From contig CM000429.1 in assembly GCA_000165345.1 (NCBI GenBank), positions 256,001 to 320,000 of the forward strand: 64,000 nucleotides of DNA. Direction: 5' to 3'. The first letter of the stretch is position 1, and every line of letters begins with the position of its first letter. This document shows, piece by piece, positions 62,107-64,000 of the stretch. Position numbers and translations under genes: made by a program. The notes under the pieces were generated by a model. The model had not been told where the DNA came from and searched no databases. It was given only the letters and a program-made list of their open reading frames with translations.

Positions 62107-63095
62107 ATGCATTCTTCAGGAGGAAGTCAGGTCTGGGGTAAGTTTTAAAAGAGTTAAACTTGACAAAAGTGATCATTTAAAATAACTTATCTTTAGTTGG
62201 AAATGTACCATTTGACGCTACAGAAGACGAACTAAGGGAGGTTATGAATTCAGCTGGTCCTGTTCTGTCAATGAGAATTGTGCATGATAAGGACACTGGA
62301 TTGAGTCGTGGGTTCTCTTTTTGCGAATATCGTGATATAGAGACTTGTATTATGGCAATAAAGAGTTTAAATGGATACGAATTAAGAGGGAGATCTATTA
62401 GGGTTGACTGGGCAAGCCAGGATATGAGAAGTAGATATAATCATTTAGTTGTAAATAATACATCTGGTACAGCTCCTGTAACAGCAACAACTCAAGGTGG
62501 GATTGGAATGGGACAACAAGGAACTGAAGGCTTACATCATCCAATATCTTTAACAGCGCCATCTCACGTTCAACAAATTCAGGAGGATGGGACATCTATG
62601 CCTTCAATCCCAAATAACAATGCAAATTTTGATAATATTTCGTCAGAAATTATCCAACTTGTACAAGGAATGACAGTTTCTCAGTTATATTATTTGATAG
62701 GCCATATGCAAAAACTTGTTGTCCAGAATCCTGAAACTGCAAGAAGCATTTTACTTGATAATCCTCAATTTTGTTATGCTCTTCTTCACTCTCAATTCAT
62801 TTTAGGTATGGTTAATGAACCATTTGTTCCACTTAATCAAGAGCAACTTAACAAAGCGAATGAAATCAGAACTAAAGTATTGACTTTAAGAAACGAAAAT
62901 TCTAATATTAATATTAAAAATTTGGGAGAAGATGTTTCTGTTCTTATTGAGGAAATTGCAAACAACCCAAACCCTGCATTACTTCAAGCATTGGCTTCAA
63001 TCCAGCCAAATTCCGTTGCCCAGTGGACTGAAGAAGAAAAATCTAAGATCCTTGCAATCCAACAAGCACTAAAAAATAGGGGGCTAATTAACTAA
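62107..63095 (+). CDS. cleavage stimulation factor subunit 2 (CstF-64) homologue; two exons 62107..62137 + 62197..63095 (309 aa)
   Basis: Track ORF 62244..63095 starts inside an RRM (RNP1 SRGFSFCEY but no RNP2). Upstream ATG 62107 plus the GTAAGTTTT...TCTTTAG intron (62138..62196) supplies MHSSGGSQVWVGNVPFDATEDELREVM (RNP2 VWVGNVPF), matching CSTF2 SVFVGNIPYEATEEQLKDIF. The hinge domain MTVSQLYYLIGHMQKLVVQNPETARSILLDNPQFCYALLHSQ matches CSTF2 MFELMKQMKLCVQNSPQEARNMLLQNPQLAYALLQAQ. The conserved C-terminal EEEKSKILAIQQALK is present. Confidence 0.8.
62138..62196 (+). other. spliceosomal intron (59 nt) in CstF-64 gene
   Basis: GTAAGTTTTAAAAG...AACTTATCTTTAG. It restores the RNP2 half of the RRM. 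Confidence 0.75.
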
Positions 63096-63252
63096 AGAGC
63101 TCGTTCATATACTACTAAATCATTGTTATAGAAATTAGTATGCTTAATTTATTATATTATATGTTTCTTTCATTATTTTTTAATATTCTTTTATTTGTGT
63201 GTTTTTATGTGCAAATTTCCAAGGTAAAAAAAATAATAAATTTGTACTTTTT

Positions 63253-63262
63253 ATGGCGCCAA
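63253..63262. promoter_or_regulatory. E2F-like ATGGCGCCAA 22 nt upstream of CHMP1 ATG 63284
   Basis: Exact match. Confidence 0.45.
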
Positions 63263-63283
63263 AAATTAAATTTTTACTTCAAA

Positions 63284-63923
63284 ATGGGAAATAGGATTTC
63301 TATTGATGATTCAATATTTGAACTCAAGCTACAGAAAAAGGAGCTAGAGAGACAATACAATAAGAGAGATAGAGATTCAAAGAGCGAAAGGAAGAAAGCT
63401 AAGGATGCTATAATTTCCGGCAAGGCAGACCTCTCTAAGTAAGTTTAAAATAACTACAATTTTTAACCATTGCCTCTTGTTTATAACGTCTCCAAATTAT
63501 TATTCTGATAGGATTTATGCAGAGAACTCACTAAGAATGCAGGAAGAATGTAAAGAACTTCTTATCATGATCTCCAAACTAGATCGACTCTGCGCCAGAC
63601 TAGAAAAAGCATCATCAAAGGAAAAAATTTCAACACAGCTTTTAGATATTATGCCAAAATTGAAAAAGCAACTTTCCGAAGAAGGAGTTATGGGATACTC
63701 AAATATGGGCAAGATCAAAGAAATCGGCCAGCTACTTAATACTATTGAAGATTCCCAGCCCGAAACAGTTGGGGAGAATGTGGGTAAAGAAAAATGCATG
63801 CATGCAGAAGACTCTGTTGAAAGACTGCTAGATGAGCTTTTAAATGAACATGCTATGGAAATTGATCTGGCAATATCCTCAAAAACTGAAATTAATGAGT
63901 TACTGGAAGAAAAGTTAGAGTAA
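63284..63923 (+). CDS. CHMP1: ESCRT-III subunit CHMP1/Did2 (Snf7 family); two exons 63284..63438 + 63512..63923 (188 aa)
   Basis: Track ORFs 63140..63442 and 63477..63923 (both TTG starts) are joined by a GTAAGTTTA...TCTGATAG intron (63439..63511), giving aa|g = AAG. The spliced product ELKLQKKELERQYNKRDRDSKSERKKAKDAIISGKADLSK|IYAENSLRMQEECKELLIMISKLDRLCARLEKA aligns with CHMP1B [72 protein letters not shown]. Confidence 0.8.
63439..63511 (+). other. spliceosomal intron (73 nt) in CHMP1 gene
   Basis: GTAAGTTTAAAATAAC...TTATTATTCTGATAG. It joins two track ORFs into a full-length Snf7-family protein. Confidence 0.75.
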
Positions 63924-64000
63924 AGCTATTGAATGAGTTTTAAAGCAACTTTAAAGCTTTAAATATATATATTAATTATTGGCGAGTGTTTTTTAAAAAA

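Overview
This 64-kb window is AT-rich (roughly 30% GC) and very gene-dense. I call 32 protein-coding genes on both strands, covering about three quarters of the sequence, with intergenic regions mostly 0.1-1 kb. It reads as nuclear DNA of an apicomplexan of the Cryptosporidium type, on four grounds: (1) the standard genetic code with long uninterrupted ORFs; (2) only a handful of very short (53-99 nt) spliceosomal introns, all beginning GTAAGTT and ending YAG; (3) E2F-like TTGGCGCCAA / TTTGGCGGGAA palindromes and TGCATGCA palindromes in almost every upstream region; and (4) a fused acyl-CoA-binding-domain plus ankyrin-repeat gene of the CpACBP1 type. I cannot verify the species from sequence alone. 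The ORF track translates TTG/GTG/CTG starts as M, so I moved a dozen starts to the first in-frame ATG. Five genes (six confident introns) are split by introns the track does not model, and a seventh intron is tentative. Recognisable products are RAD54, UCH37/UCHL5, phosphatidylserine synthase, SEC14, ACBP-ankyrin, HVA22/REEP, a SPINDLY/OGT-family GT41 glycosyltransferase, an NDR-like AGC kinase, a CocE/NonD S15-type hydrolase, RBM42, CstF-64, CHMP1, RNase H2B-like, CBP80-like, a tepsin-like ENTH protein, a 4xKH protein and a PPPDE-PUB-UBA fusion. I found no tRNA, rRNA, transposon, CRISPR, telomere or prokaryote-type system. The most novel-looking content is lineage-specific: a 2443-aa secreted protein built from about 10 copies of an undescribed ~200-aa module, an adjacent 1065-aa secreted protein, and several unassigned ORFs.
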